A stretch of DNA of 64,000 bases from Obrimoposthia wandeli (Eukaryota): contig CDROCS010000121.1 of the NCBI GenBank assembly GCA_977020255.1, positions 1-64,000 of the forward strand, given 5' to 3'. The notes under the pieces are model-generated. The model saw only the letters and a program-made list of their open reading frames with translations, was not told the origin of the DNA and did not search any database. A program made the translations under genes and the position numbers. This document shows, in pieces, positions 40,319 to 51,686 of the stretch; within the stretch, counting starts at the first letter, position 1, and each line of letters opens with the position of its first letter.

Positions 40319-40341
40319 TGCTTAGTTACTCGTTGTGTCTA

Positions 40342-41013
40342 TTACTTGAATAATGCACTACCTACACGAACCATACTTGAACCCTCTATAATTGCCATGT
40401 CAAAATCATTACTCATTCCCATAGAACATATTGTTGCATCTTTACAATTATCAAAGATCTTTTTTGTTGTTTGAAAACTTTTTGTAACAGTTGCTCTATC
40501 TTCTGAATGTGCACCAATACTCATAATACCTTTTAGGTTAATATTTGAATATTTCTCTTTAATTTCATTAAATATTTCTATTGCATTTTCTGGAGTTACA
40601 CCTGATTTTGAATCTTCATAAGCACTATTTATTTGTAATAAACAATTCATTTTTCTATTTTTAGCTTTCAATTTTCTATCTAAATCTTCTGCTAAATCTA
40701 AACTATCTAATGAATGCATTAATACTGGCTTTAAATCAATCAGATTGTTTATTTTATTTTTTTGTAATGAACCTACAAAATGCCATGCAATTGGCAAATC
40801 TTCAAGTGCTTCTTGTTTTGTTTTTAAATCTTGTACTTTATTTTCACCAAATGCTCTTTGCCCTGATTCGTATAATTTTTGAATATCTTCAGGTGTTGAA
40901 TATTTACTAATTGCAACAAGTTGTACTATTTTATGGTTGTTTACTTGTAATCTTGAAAACTCTATTTTTGTGATTACTTTATCAAGGTTTTCGGTTGCTT
41001 TTTCTTTTGTCAT
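40342..41013 (-). CDS. yggS: PLP homeostasis protein YggS
   Basis: LVAISKY, FGENKVQD, WHFVGSLQKNK, SMGMSNDF, VRVGSALF. Confidence 0.95.
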   Translation of the reverse strand: MTKEKATENLDKVITKIEFSRLQVNNHKIVQLVAISKYSTPEDIQKLYESGQRAFGENKVQDLKTKQEALEDLPIAWHFVGSLQKNKINNLIDLKPVLMHSLDSLDLAEDLDRKLKAKNRKMNCLLQINSAYEDSKSGVTPENAIEIFNEIKEKYSNINLKGIMSIGAHSEDRATVTKSFQTTKKIFDNCKDATICSMGMSNDFDMAIIEGSSMVRVGSALFK

Positions 41014-41106
41014 TTGAAACTATCCTAAAATTTTTTATTATTATACATAATTTGTTGTAAAAAGAAACAATTAGATCTATTGTATAAAAATTATACAATT
41101 TTTTAC

Positions 41107-41134
41107 TTGACATTCTATTTCAATAAGTTAAAAT
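41107..41134 (+). promoter_or_regulatory. Sigma70 promoter of glnA
   Basis: TTGACA-N16-TAAAAT. Confidence 0.55.
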
Positions 41135-41165
41135 AAAGCAGTTTAAAAATAAAAGGATTTAATAA

Positions 41166-42593
41166 ATGGGAAAATTCGTTAATAGCACAGAAGAATTTTT
41201 TTCTTATTGTAAAGAAAATGAAGTTGAGTTTGTAGATTTTAGATTTACTGATATTAAAGGTGCATGGCATCATATTAGTTATAGAATGAGTGCTGTTACT
41301 CAAGGTCAACTTGATAACGGTATGCCTTTTGATGGTTCAAGTATCGACGCTTGGCAACCAATTGATAAATCAGATATGATTTTAAAGCCATGTGTTGAAA
41401 CTGCATTCTTAGATCCATTTACAGCTGATAGTACTATAATCGTTATTTGTGATGTTTATGATATTTATAAAAATGAAGCTTATGCAAAATGTCCAAGAAG
41501 TATCGCTAAAAAATCTTTAGAATATTTAGCAACAGCTAATGTTGGAGATGTTGCATACTTTGGTCCTGAAAATGAATATTTCATTTTTGAAGACGTACAA
41601 GTAAAAGATAGACCAAATGAATCTCATTATTTTGTTAATACTGAAGATGGTGAATGGAATAGAGATAAAGCCTTAGAAGGTGGAAACATGGGTCACATCG
41701 CTGGTAACAAAGGTGGATATTTCCCAGTTGCACCAACAGATAAAGGTGTAGACTTAAGAGCTGAAACAATGTTAATCTTAGAGCAAGTTGGTCTTACTGT
41801 TATGCTTGGACATCATGAAGTTGCACAAGGTCAACATGAAATTGGTATTGTTTATGATACTTTAGTTGAAGCTGCTGATAATGTTCAAAAACTTAAATAT
41901 GTAGTTAAAATGGTTGCTCATTTAAATGGTAAAACTGCAACATTTATGCCTAAACCAATTCATGGTGATAATGGTAACGGTATGCATGTACACCAATCAA
42001 TCTGGAAAGATGGTGAAAATACATTTTATACAGAAGGTAACTACGGTAATCTTTCTGATGCTGCTAGACATTATGCTGGTGGTGTATTTAAACATGCTGC
42101 TGCAGTTGCTGCATTTACAAATGCTTCAACAAATTCATACAAAAGACTAGTTCCTGGTTATGAGGCACCAAGTATTTTAACTTATTCTGCTCAAAATAGA
42201 TCAGCTGCTTGTAGAGTTCCTTATGGAGCTGGAGCACCTGCTACTAGACTTGAAATGAGATTTCCAGATTCTACAGCTAACCCATATTTAGCATTTGCTG
42301 CACTTATGATGGCTGGTATTGATGGTATCAAAAATAAAACTGAGCCTGTTGGTCCAATGGATGAAGATTTATTTGAACTATCTCTTGATGAAATCAGAGA
42401 GAAAAAAATTCCTCAAATGCCTGCAAATTTAAGAGAAGCATTAGAAGGTTTAATTGCTGATAATACTTTCTTAAAACCAGTATTTACTGCAGATATGATT
42501 GATACATATCAACATTATCAATTTGAAAGACAAGTTTGGCCAGATGAAGCTAGACCAACTGCTTTTGAGTTCAAATCAACATATTCTTGTTAA
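41166..42593 (+). CDS. glnA: Glutamine synthetase type I
   Basis: [50 protein letters not shown]. Confidence 0.99.
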   Translation: MGKFVNSTEEFFSYCKENEVEFVDFRFTDIKGAWHHISYRMSAVTQGQLDNGMPFDGSSIDAWQPIDKSDMILKPCVETAFLDPFTADSTIIVICDVYDIYKNEAYAKCPRSIAKKSLEYLATANVGDVAYFGPENEYFIFEDVQVKDRPNESHYFVNTEDGEWNRDKALEGGNMGHIAGNKGGYFPVAPTDKGVDLRAETMLILEQVGLTVMLGHHEVAQGQHEIGIVYDTLVEAADNVQKLKYVVKMVAHLNGKTATFMPKPIHGDNGNGMHVHQSIWKDGENTFYTEGNYGNLSDAARHYAGGVFKHAAAVAAFTNASTNSYKRLVPGYEAPSILTYSAQNRSAACRVPYGAGAPATRLEMRFPDSTANPYLAFAALMMAGIDGIKNKTEPVGPMDEDLFELSLDEIREKKIPQMPANLREALEGLIADNTFLKPVFTADMIDTYQHYQFERQVWPDEARPTAFEFKSTYSC

Positions 42594-42612
42594 TAAGAAT
42601 TTAATCTATACT

Positions 42613-42642
42613 AAAAAGGTAGGGTATTAACCTACCTTTTTT
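42613..42642 (+). terminator. Rho-independent terminator after glnA
   Basis: AAAAAGGTAGG-gtattaa-CCTACCTTTTTT hairpin with T-tract. Confidence 0.85.
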
Positions 42643-42759
42643 TATGCCTATTATCAAATCAACTTTCCTTTAACTACCTTTTAAACTTTCTTTGGATATA
42701 ATAAAGGTAATAACACTAATCTATAATACTTATAATTATAGAAAAAATAAAGGGATATA

Positions 42760-45700
42760 ATGGGTTGTAACTTAGATAAATTAACTTCTTTTAAAGACAA
42801 CTGTGGGTTTGGTTTAGTCGCTCACTTGAAAAATAAACAAACACACCAAAACTTAGAAGATGCGATAACATCACTCGAAAGAATGATGCATAGAGGTGCT
42901 GTTGCAGCAGATGGTAAAAGTGGTGATGGAAGTGGATTATTATTTTCTATTCCTGATCAATTTATGAGAAAAGTTGCAAAAGAACAAAATATTGATCTTC
43001 CACAACAGTACGCTGTTGCTATGCTATTCTCTACTACTGATGAACAGTTAGATACGTTTAGAACATTCTGTGAGAAGAATGATTTAAAAGTTATTTTAAA
43101 TAGAACAGTACCTGTAAATACAGATGCGTTAGGAAAACAAGCGTTAAGCATTTTACCTACAATTACACAAATTTTTGTTGTTCCAAACACACCTGTTTCT
43201 GCAAAAAGATTTGATGCTATGATTTATCTTGCACGAAAAGAAGCTGAACATGCTCTTCTTTCTGAGGAAGATTTTTATATTCCTACATTTTCATCGAAAG
43301 TAATCGCTTATAAAGGGCTTGTAATGCCTACAACTATTAAGCAATTCTATGTTGATTTACAAGATGAAGATTTTAAAATCTCTTTCGCATTATTTCATCA
43401 AAGATTTTCTACAAATACATTACCTAAATGGAAACTAGCTCAACCATTCAGAGGGGTTGCTCATAATGGAGAGATTAATTCAATTGAAGCAAATAGATTT
43501 AATGTTGAAATTAAAACAGAAGCTATTGAATCTGAAGTATTTACTGATGAAGAGTTATCAAGAATTTTTCCTATATTACAAACAGGTAGTAGTGATAGTG
43601 CTTCTTTAGATAATATGTTTGAATTTTTAATTGTTAATGGATTAGATTTTTTCAAAGCAGCTCGCTGTTTAGTGCCAGCTCCTTGGCAAAATGCTCCACA
43701 TATGGATAGTGAGCTAAGAGCTTTCTATGAGTATTGTGCTATTCGATTTGAAGCATGGGATGGTCCTGCGGCTGTTAGTTTAACAGATGGTAGACATATT
43801 GGTTGTTTAATTGACCGAAATGGATTAAGACCTTCTAAATATTTCCAAACTAAAGATAAACTATACATCACAAGTGAATATGGTACTGTATTAGTTCCTG
43901 AAGAAGAAATTATCGATAGAGGTAGACTTCAAAGTGGTCAAATGATTGGAGTAGATATTAAAACTGGTACAGTTTTAAAAAATGATGACATTAATGATTA
44001 TTTAAAATCTTCGCAAAATTATGAAGCTTGGTTAACTACAAATATTAAATATCTTCAAGAGTACATAGAAGATTCATTTTTAGATTTAAGCGAATATATT
44101 TTTAAAGATTTAGAAAAAAGACAAAAATATGCAAATATTACATATGAAGTATTAGATCAAATGATTATTCCTATGGCAGAAGAAGCTAAAGAACCAACAG
44201 GTTCTATGGGTGATGATACGCCGTTAGCCTGTTTCTCGACAAAACAAAGAAACTTCGCTGATTTCTTTAGACAAAAATTTGCACAAGTTACAAATCCACC
44301 TATTGATCCATACAGAGAAAAAGTAGTAATGAGTTTAAATACTGGTGTAGGTAGAACATATAATATTTTAGAAGAAAATGAACATAATTCTAAAAAATTG
44401 AAAGCTGCTACTCCTATTTTAATGAAAGAGAAATTTGATGTACTTGTAAGTTTTGGTGATACAAAAAATAAAAGATATGACGAAGATTATAAAAATAAAA
44501 CTTTTAGTACAACTTTTGAAACAAATTTACAAGAATCTTTAAAAAAATTATATGCAGAAATTAAATACTCAGTTGAGAATGAAAATGTAAGTGTTGTAAT
44601 TTTAGATGATAGAAATGTATCAGAAACTTGTAAAATTATCCCAATGACTTTTGTTGTTGGTTATGTGAATCACCAATTAGCCAAAGATAAAAAAGCAAGT
44701 GCCGTTTCTATTGTAGTTGTTACAAGTGAAGTTTACGATCCTCATAGTGCAGCTGTATTATTTGCTTTTGGTGCAACTATGTTGTATCCATATATGATGT
44801 ATGCATCAATTGTTTCTTTTTATGAAAGAAAAAATTTATCTACAATGGCATTACAAACTAAGCTAAAAAATAGTGCAAAAGCATTAGGTGCTGGTTTATT
44901 AAAAATTATGTCAAAAATGGGTATTGCTACTATGTCATCATATAGAAACTCATCATTATTTGATATCATCGGTCTAAGTGATGAAATATGTGATGAGTGT
45001 TTTACTCATGCAAGTACAGATTTATGTGGTTTAGGTTACGAAGATATTGAAAAAAGAATTGAAACAGTTCACTTTAGTGCATTCTTTGATGATAAATCAA
45101 TGTTTCCACTTGCAATGGGTGGATTCTATAAATATCTTGATGGTGCAGAGTACCATGATTATGGTCCTGCAATTACTAAAGCTATGCATAATAAAAATCC
45201 ATCTGATGAAGAAAGTATTAATGACTTTAAAGGTCTTAAAACACTTATTGAAGGTAGAGATAAAAAATTTATTAGAGATTTCTTTGAATTTAACAGTGAT
45301 AAAAATGAGATTGAAATTTCTGCAGTTGAACCTAAAGAAGAGATATTTAAAAGATTTGCATCTGCAGCTATGAGTTGTGGTTCTATTTCAGTTGAAGCAC
45401 ATGAAGCTGTTGCAATGGCAATGAATACAATCGGAGCAAAATCAAACTCAGGTGAAGGTGGAGAAGATCCTAAAAGATTTGGGACACTTAAAAACTCTAA
45501 AATCAAACAAGTTGCTTCAGGTAGATTTGGTGTAACTCCAGGATATTTAGTAAACTGTGAAGAGTTACAAATTAAATTAGCTCAAGGTGCAAAACCAGGA
45601 GAGGGTGGTCAGTTACCAGGTGCAAAAGTTACACCTATGATTGCAACATTAAGACACACAACTCCGGGTGTTACATTAATTTCACCTCCTCCTCATCATG

Positions 45701-47193
45701 ATATTTATTCTATTGAGGATTTAGCGCAATTAATTTTTGATTTAAAACAAATTAATCCTAAAGCTACAATCGCAGTTAAACTTGTATCTTCTATTGGTGT
45801 TGGTACAATTGCTTCTGGTGTTGCTAAAGCATATGCAGATAAAATTATTATTTCTGGTGCTGATGGTGGTACAGGTGCTGCTCCTCTTACATCAATTAAA
45901 CATACAGGAAATGCATGGGAAATGGGTCTAAGTGAAGCTCATAACTCGTTAAAAGCAAATCATTTAAGAGGTATGGTACATTTACAAACTGATGGTGGTT
46001 TAAAAACTGGTATGGATGTTGTAAAAGCTGCTATGCTTGGTGCTGAATCATATGCATTTGGTACATCAGTGTTAACATTATTAGGATGTAAAATCTTAAG
46101 AATTTGTCACACAAATAAATGTAGTGTTGGTGTAGCAACTCAAGATGAAGAATTAAGAGAAAAATTTACAGGTACTGTTGAAAGATTGATTTCTTATTTT
46201 GAATTCTTAGCTGAAGACGTTAGAGAAATTCTTGCAAAACTTGGGTATTCAAGTGTTGAAGAGATTGTTGGTAGAAGTGATTTATTAAAAGTTCTAGATG
46301 ATGAATTAGCACAAAAATTTGATTTTCAAAATATTTTAAGAAGAATTGATGGTATTGATACATGTCAAGTTGCATCAAATGATCCATACGATAAAAATGA
46401 AGAATCAAAGCTTATTATTAAAAAAGTTCTTTCTTCTATTAAAAACCCTAAGAATCCAATAACAATAGATACTGAGATTTCAAACTTAAACAGAAGTTTC
46501 GGAGCATTAACATCTGGTGAAATTGCAAAAAGATATGGTGATGCAGGTTTACCAGATGGAACGATTACATATAATCTTACAGGTGTTGCTGGTCAATCAT
46601 TTGGTGCTTTTTTAAGTAAAGGTGTTAATATGAATCTTGATGGTGTAGCGAATGATTATGTTGGTAAAGGTATGAATGGTGGTAAAATCGTTATTAAACC
46701 ACAATTACAAGGTAGCCAATATGCAGGTGCTGGTAATACCTGTTTATATGGTGCTACTGGTGGTAAACTTTATATTAGAGCAAATGTTGGTGAGAGATTT
46801 GCTGTAAGAAACTCTGGTACTATTGCCGTTGTTGAAGGTACGGGTGATAATCCTTGTGAATATATGACAGGTGGTATTGTTGTTGTATTAGGATCAACTG
46901 GTATTAACTTTGGTGCTGGTATGACAGGTGGATTAGCATTTATATATGATCCTCAAAGAGATTTTATTGATAATATGAATCAAGAATTAATTGAGGCGTT
47001 AAGAATAGATACAGATGATACAGAATCAGAAAGAATTTATTTAAAGAATTTATTAAGAGATTATGTAGAACATACAGAATCAGATAAAGCAAAAGATATT
47101 TTAGAACACTTTAGATCAGAAATCAGAAACTTCTGGATGGTGAAACCTAAAAATATGACTGTTTTACCTTTAAACCCAGATGACGGAGACTAA
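42760..47193 (+). CDS. gltB: Glutamate synthase large subunit
   Basis: CGFG N-terminal Cys, HQRFSTNT, WDGPA, IKLAQGAKPGEGGQLPG, CxxxxxCxxxxC cluster, GXGXG C-terminus. Confidence 0.99.
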   Translation: MGCNLDKLTSFKDNCGFGLVAHLKNKQTHQNLEDAITSLERMMHRGAVAADGKSGDGSGLLFSIPDQFMRKVAKEQNIDLPQQYAVAMLFSTTDEQLDTFRTFCEKNDLKVILNRTVPVNTDALGKQALSILPTITQIFVVPNTPVSAKRFDAMIYLARKEAEHALLSEEDFYIPTFSSKVIAYKGLVMPTTIKQFYVDLQDEDFKISFALFHQRFSTNTLPKWKLAQPFRGVAHNGEINSIEANRFNVEIKTEAIESEVFTDEELSRIFPILQTGSSDSASLDNMFEFLIVNGLDFFKAARCLVPAPWQNAPHMDSELRAFYEYCAIRFEAWDGPAAVSLTDGRHIGCLIDRNGLRPSKYFQTKDKLYITSEYGTVLVPEEEIIDRGRLQSGQMIGVDIKTGTVLKNDDINDYLKSSQNYEAWLTTNIKYLQEYIEDSFLDLSEYIFKDLEKRQKYANITYEVLDQMIIPMAEEAKEPTGSMGDDTPLACFSTKQRNFADFFRQKFAQVTNPPIDPYREKVVMSLNTGVGRTYNILEENEHNSKKLKAATPILMKEKFDVLVSFGDTKNKRYDEDYKNKTFSTTFETNLQESLKKLYAEIKYSVENENVSVVILDDRNVSETCKIIPMTFVVGYVNHQLAKDKKASAVSIVVVTSEVYDPHSAAVLFAFGATMLYPYMMYASIVSFYERKNLSTMALQTKLKNSAKALGAGLLKIMSKMGIATMSSYRNSSLFDIIGLSDEICDECFTHASTDLCGLGYEDIEKRIETVHFSAFFDDKSMFPLAMGGFYKYLDGAEYHDYGPAITKAMHNKNPSDEESINDFKGLKTLIEGRDKKFIRDFFEFNSDKNEIEISAVEPKEEIFKRFASAAMSCGSISVEAHEAVAMAMNTIGAKSNSGEGGEDPKRFGTLKNSKIKQVASGRFGVTPGYLVNCEELQIKLAQGAKPGEGGQLPGAKVTPMIATLRHTTPGVTLISPPPHHDIYSIEDLAQLIFDLKQINPKATIAVKLVSSIGVGTIASGVAKAYADKIIISGADGGTGAAPLTSIKHTGNAWEMGLSEAHNSLKANHLRGMVHLQTDGGLKTGMDVVKAAMLGAESYAFGTSVLTLLGCKILRICHTNKCSVGVATQDEELREKFTGTVERLISYFEFLAEDVREILAKLGYSSVEEIVGRSDLLKVLDDELAQKFDFQNILRRIDGIDTCQVASNDPYDKNEESKLIIKKVLSSIKNPKNPITIDTEISNLNRSFGALTSGEIAKRYGDAGLPDGTITYNLTGVAGQSFGAFLSKGVNMNLDGVANDYVGKGMNGGKIVIKPQLQGSQYAGAGNTCLYGATGGKLYIRANVGERFAVRNSGTIAVVEGTGDNPCEYMTGGIVVVLGSTGINFGAGMTGGLAFIYDPQRDFIDNMNQELIEALRIDTDDTESERIYLKNLLRDYVEHTESDKAKDILEHFRSEIRNFWMVKPKNMTVLPLNPDDGD

Positions 47194-47197
47194 GAAT

Positions 47198-48562
47198 ATG
47201 TTAAATTTTACAAAAGTTGATAGAATAAACCCTCTTAAAAGAGGTGTTATGGAAAGAATTAAAGATTTTAAAGAAGTGTATACTGTTTTTGATAAACATA
47301 AAGCTCAAGAACAATCAGAGAGATGTATAGGTTGTGGTGATCCATATTGCCACAATAAATGTCCTTTACATAATATCATTCCTGCATGGCTAAAAGAAAC
47401 AGCTAATAATGATTTAGAGTTAGCATTTAATATTTCTAATGAAACATCTCCTTTTCCTGAAATTTTAGGAAAAATTTGTCCTGTTGATGTATTATGTGAA
47501 GGTGACTGTACTTTAAATGACACTCATGGCGCTATTACAATTGGTTCTATTGAAACTCACATTAGTGAAAAAGGTTTTAAAAACGGTCTAAAACCAAAAT
47601 TTACAAAAAATAAAATTGGTAAAAAAGTAGCTGTTATTGGAAGTGGTCCTGCTGGTATTAGTGCTGCAACATTTTTATTACGAGAAGGTGTTGATGTTGT
47701 AATGTTTGAAAGAGCTAATAAAGCTGGTGGTCTTTTAACATATGGTATCCCTGGATTTAAACTTGAAAAAGAAAAAGTACAAAGAAGAATTGATTGGTTA
47801 ATTGATGCTGGAATGACATTACATACTAATTGTGAAATTGGAAAAGATAAATCTTTTGAAGATTTAGAAAAAAATTATGATTCTTTATTTGTTGGTATTG
47901 GGGCTACTAAAGGTAGATTTCCTGGTATTGAAGGTGAAAAGAATTCTAATGTACATTTAGCGATGGACTTTTTAACAAAAGTACAAAAAAGAAATTTTTC
48001 AGAAGAAGTAGAAAATTTTATTGATGTAAAAGAAAAGAATGTATTAGTTGTTGGTGGTGGAGATACTGCTATGGATTGTCTTAGAACTTCAGTAAGAGAG
48101 GGTGCTAAATCTGTTAAATGTCTTTATAGAAGAGATGAAGCAAATATGCCTGGATCTAAAAAAGAGTTTGTTAATTCAAAAGAAGAGGGTGTAGAGTTTA
48201 TTTTCAATGTATCACCTGTGTCTATTGATAATGAGGGTATAAATCTTCTTAAAACTCGAATGAGTGTTGCTGATAGTTCAGGAAGACAAAGTGTACAAAT
48301 AATTGATGGTAGTGACTATAAAGAAACTGCTGATGTAATAATTTTCGCATTAGGGTTTGAGCAAGAATTACCAAAGTTTTTACAAGATTCTGGTATTGAA
48401 TTAGATAAATGGAATGGAATTGCTACAAATGAGCAATTTCAAACATCTAAGACTAACGTATACTCAGGTGGAGATAGCGTTAGAGGTGCTAACTTGGCTG
48501 TTAGAGCTGCTGCAGATGGAAAAAATGCAGCACAAAAAATTGTAGAAAGTTTTAATTTATAA
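47198..48562 (+). CDS. gltD: Glutamate synthase small subunit; start at ATG 47198
   Basis: RCIGCGDPYCHNKCP, GKICP..VLCEGDC, VIGSGPAG, GGGDTAMDC, YRRD. Confidence 0.97.
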   Translation: MLNFTKVDRINPLKRGVMERIKDFKEVYTVFDKHKAQEQSERCIGCGDPYCHNKCPLHNIIPAWLKETANNDLELAFNISNETSPFPEILGKICPVDVLCEGDCTLNDTHGAITIGSIETHISEKGFKNGLKPKFTKNKIGKKVAVIGSGPAGISAATFLLREGVDVVMFERANKAGGLLTYGIPGFKLEKEKVQRRIDWLIDAGMTLHTNCEIGKDKSFEDLEKNYDSLFVGIGATKGRFPGIEGEKNSNVHLAMDFLTKVQKRNFSEEVENFIDVKEKNVLVVGGGDTAMDCLRTSVREGAKSVKCLYRRDEANMPGSKKEFVNSKEEGVEFIFNVSPVSIDNEGINLLKTRMSVADSSGRQSVQIIDGSDYKETADVIIFALGFEQELPKFLQDSGIELDKWNGIATNEQFQTSKTNVYSGGDSVRGANLAVRAAADGKNAAQKIVESFNL

Positions 48563-48570
48563 GCTAAATT

Positions 48571-48933
48571 ATGGGTGCAGTAAAATTTTTACTTGAAAAT
48601 GGGGCGGATGTAAATACCAAAGACAAGAAAAATTTTACGCTGCTTATGTACTGTGTTCAATTTAATGATTTATCTTTAATTAAACTAGCCTTATCTTATG
48701 GGGCAAGAGTTAATGATAGAGACATCTCTGGTTTTACAGCTTTAGATTATGCTATTCAAAATAATAATCTAGATGCCGTAAAACTACTTTTTGATTGTGG
48801 TTCTACTATTTCAGATGAAAGCTACATGTTAGCGTTAGAGTTTAAATACAAAAGTATTGTCAAATTCTTTGATTGTTTAGATCCTAATAAACAAATTTTT
48901 CAAAAAAAAGGTTATTGTAAATGTCCGATGTAG
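48571..48933 (+). CDS. Ankyrin-repeat protein
   Basis: LLENGADVN, TLLM, GARVN, TALDYA. Confidence 0.9.
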   Translation: MGAVKFLLENGADVNTKDKKNFTLLMYCVQFNDLSLIKLALSYGARVNDRDISGFTALDYAIQNNNLDAVKLLFDCGSTISDESYMLALEFKYKSIVKFFDCLDPNKQIFQKKGYCKCPM

Positions 48934-49271
48934 AAAACTTATTAAAATCAGGGGCAGATGTAAATACTTCTGATAAAAATAATTTTACTTTATTAATGAA
49001 TTTTGTTGATCAAGGTGATGAAGAAACTGTTAAATTATTACTAGACTATGGTGCAAATGCTAATTCTAAAGATTTTTTTAATTTAACTGCACTAGATTAT
49101 GCCATTCGAAAAAAATATCTTAAAATTGCAAAGCTTTTAGTAAAAAGTGGTGCAATAATTAGTAATGATAATTATATGCTTGCAGTTCAAGGAAATCATA
49201 AAGAATTAGTAGATTTTTTCGATACATTAGATCCTAATAAACACATATTTTTAAAAAATAAAATGAAATAA
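48921..49271 (+). CDS. Ankyrin-repeat protein, tandem paralogue
   Basis: LLKSGADVN, TLLM, GANAN, TALDYA; same FFDxLDPNKxIF tail as the previous gene. Confidence 0.9.
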   Translation: MSDVENLLKSGADVNTSDKNNFTLLMNFVDQGDEETVKLLLDYGANANSKDFFNLTALDYAIRKKYLKIAKLLVKSGAIISNDNYMLAVQGNHKELVDFFDTLDPNKHIFLKNKMK

Positions 49272-50498
49272 CCAAATATTATAAATAATTATTAAAATAT
49301 TTAATAGTATAAAGGCTTTCTTTTTCATAGTAGATATGAAGCTAACAAAAATGTAAAGTAATAAAAACCAAAACTCAGTGAAAATTTCTAAACTATCAAT
49401 ATCTATATTTAATACGTTTTCTAATAACCCATCTAAAGTACTGCCAATATCAAAAACATGTAAAATAATTGTTAATGGATAAAAAATACTAAACAATATA
49501 CTTAAAACAGGTGAATAGAGCTGTTCTAAAGATGTTGTAGCAAAGAAGTAATGTGTAATAGGGTTAATTGCTAGATATATCCAAATATTGAAGAAAATGA
49601 ACTGTATGAATTTATTGAGATTATTAAAGTACTTTATAAATAAAAATATATAAAATACTCCTGCTATACTAAACCATAATGATAATGACAATAGTAATTT
49701 AGGAAATAGGGTTATTATAAAAATTGATATAATAAATAAAGTTTCAAAAGAGATTATTTTTATATTATTTCTTAATAAAAATAAAGCAAAAATAAACATT
49801 ATAAATGCTCGAAGTAATGATGCTGGTATATCTAAGAAAATCACATAACAAAATAAAATGATACTGACTATAATCATAATATCAAATCTCTTATTTCTAT
49901 ATGGCAGATATTTTTTATGTAATTTATTATACAAAAAATGAATTATAAAATATAAAACAAGAGAGATAATACCTAAATGAAATCCAGAAATTGCAATTAA
50001 ATGCGAAATTCCTAATTTACTAGCTAGTTCTCGTACATTAGTAGTTAGAGGAGAAGCTAAAAATAGGGCTGAATACAATGATGTAATGTCATTATTAATA
50101 TGTTGCGATTTAATATTATTATATATGTTTTCTTTCATAGAAAGTTTTGATGGGTATATATTAACATTAAAACTATTTGTGTAAAAGCCTTTTAAATAAG
50201 AGTAAAAACTTATATTTTTACTTATTATAAATAAGTCTACATTTTGAAATAATAATGGATTAGTATTACTGTGATATTTTGTGAAGAATGTAAAGTTTGT
50301 AGTTTTAATTTTTAATGTACTAGTATCGCTTTTTTTATAAATATTTACTATTGTACCATTTGCATGAAAAACTTCATTTTCTGTAAGCTTTTTGTATTGA
50401 TTAAATTCTAAATATAGATTAAATAGGAAAAGGAAAAATATAATGATGAAGAATAACTGTCTCTCTTTAAAGTTTTTAAAAAGAGATAGTGATTCCAA
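49251..50498 (-). CDS. comEC: ComEC/Rec2-family competence membrane protein
   Basis: GISHLIAISGFHLG, PASLLRA, multiple TM helices. Confidence 0.9.
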   Translation of the reverse strand: MESLSLFKNFKERQLFFIIIFFLFLFNLYLEFNQYKKLTENEVFHANGTIVNIYKKSDTSTLKIKTTNFTFFTKYHSNTNPLLFQNVDLFIISKNISFYSYLKGFYTNSFNVNIYPSKLSMKENIYNNIKSQHINNDITSLYSALFLASPLTTNVRELASKLGISHLIAISGFHLGIISLVLYFIIHFLYNKLHKKYLPYRNKRFDIMIIVSIILFCYVIFLDIPASLLRAFIMFIFALFLLRNNIKIISFETLFIISIFIITLFPKLLLSLSLWFSIAGVFYIFLFIKYFNNLNKFIQFIFFNIWIYLAINPITHYFFATTSLEQLYSPVLSILFSIFYPLTIILHVFDIGSTLDGLLENVLNIDIDSLEIFTEFWFLLLYIFVSFISTMKKKAFILLNILIIIYNIWLFHFIF

Positions 50499-50501
50499 GT
50501 T

Positions 50502-51686
50502 TTATGTCAGAGACGATGTGTGGTATAAGTTCATCAGACCATCATAGAAGTCTTCACTTTTAAATACATCTATCACACCAGATGATGTTGATATATTTTG
50601 ATGAATTCTTTCTAGTTTTTCTTTTCTCTCTGGAAATAAATCCGCTAAAACCATAGCAGATATTTCCTTTCTAACCAGTATTGAAGGTGGAATAATACCA
50701 AGCCTAAATAATTCCATTATCGTATCTTTGTCATATTTAACATGATGATGATTTCCATGTGGACATGTATCAGTACTTACTAATGTTGTACATTTTTCAC
50801 AATAAACAAACTCATTAAATAATTCAATACCTATATTTATTTTTTCTAATGTATCTACTCTTGAAATTAATTGTTTATGATCCCAATATGCACCAAGTCC
50901 GGTATGGTTCTGTCCTAAAAGAAGTGTATCCGCACCATAGTTTTTTGATACAATTGCATTTAATGTAAGCTCATTTACTCCACCAAAAATATAAGTATTT
51001 TCTAAAGGTAGCAACAATACACGATCTTTAGCAACAAAATGATCTAAAAAGAATTTTATTGTTTTAAATCGTACATCATAACTTAGTTCATCATCTTTAT
51101 ACGGTTTTCTTAATAAAATGATAAGCATATCACATTTTTCTAAGGCGCTTCTGATAATTCTTTCATGGACTCTATGAAATGGTTTACCCGATAATATAAT
51201 AGATGAAATACTTTTCGCTTCGATATTAGTAACCATCTCATCTATTTGTTTCATATGATCTTTTATATCTTCAAATTCTAGTTGATAATCACCACAAATA
51301 GCTAAACTACCAAGTCTGCTAGCTGTATCATTAGCACCTTCATGAAGTTCACTATTTGTACCGTAAATTTGTTTAACTCTATCCTCTTTATTTATTGGAA
51401 ATATCTCTTCTACAGTAATGATTCCAACTTCTACATTATTGCATATAAGTTTTAATACATCACCTTTTTTTGAATTTTCTAATACATTCTTATTTCTTTT
51501 ACCTGATGGAGCAAGAATAAAAGGGAAAGGAAAAATTTCATTTTTATATAAACCAGTTTTATTTACATCTTCTGCTTCTTGTTTCGTCATTAATGAAGTT
51601 ACAGGTTTTAATAAACCATCTCTTGCCATTGCAAGAGTTGCAACAGCTTCCTTATCAATATAGAGGAGATTCGTTTGAGTTTTCAT
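50502..51686 (-). CDS. sat: Sulfate adenylyltransferase-like protein with altered active-site motif
   Basis: DGLLKPVTSLM, PFHRVHE, KNYGA...GQNHTG, Zn motif CEKC...CPH; QxRN replaced by LSGK. Confidence 0.7.
   Translation of the reverse strand: MKTQTNLLYIDKEAVATLAMARDGLLKPVTSLMTKQEAEDVNKTGLYKNEIFPFPFILAPSGKRNKNVLENSKKGDVLKLICNNVEVGIITVEEIFPINKEDRVKQIYGTNSELHEGANDTASRLGSLAICGDYQLEFEDIKDHMKQIDEMVTNIEAKSISSIILSGKPFHRVHERIIRSALEKCDMLIILLRKPYKDDELSYDVRFKTIKFFLDHFVAKDRVLLLPLENTYIFGGVNELTLNAIVSKNYGADTLLLGQNHTGLGAYWDHKQLISRVDTLEKINIGIELFNEFVYCEKCTTLVSTDTCPHGNHHHVKYDKDTIMELFRLGIIPPSILVRKEISAMVLADLFPERKEKLERIHQNISTSSGVIDVFKSEDFYDGLMNLYHTSSLT

Noticed and set aside
41166-48562. glnA-gltB-gltD clustering as a novelty
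   Set aside because: Ordinary GS/GOGAT nitrogen assimilation genes, with a terminator separating glnA from gltB
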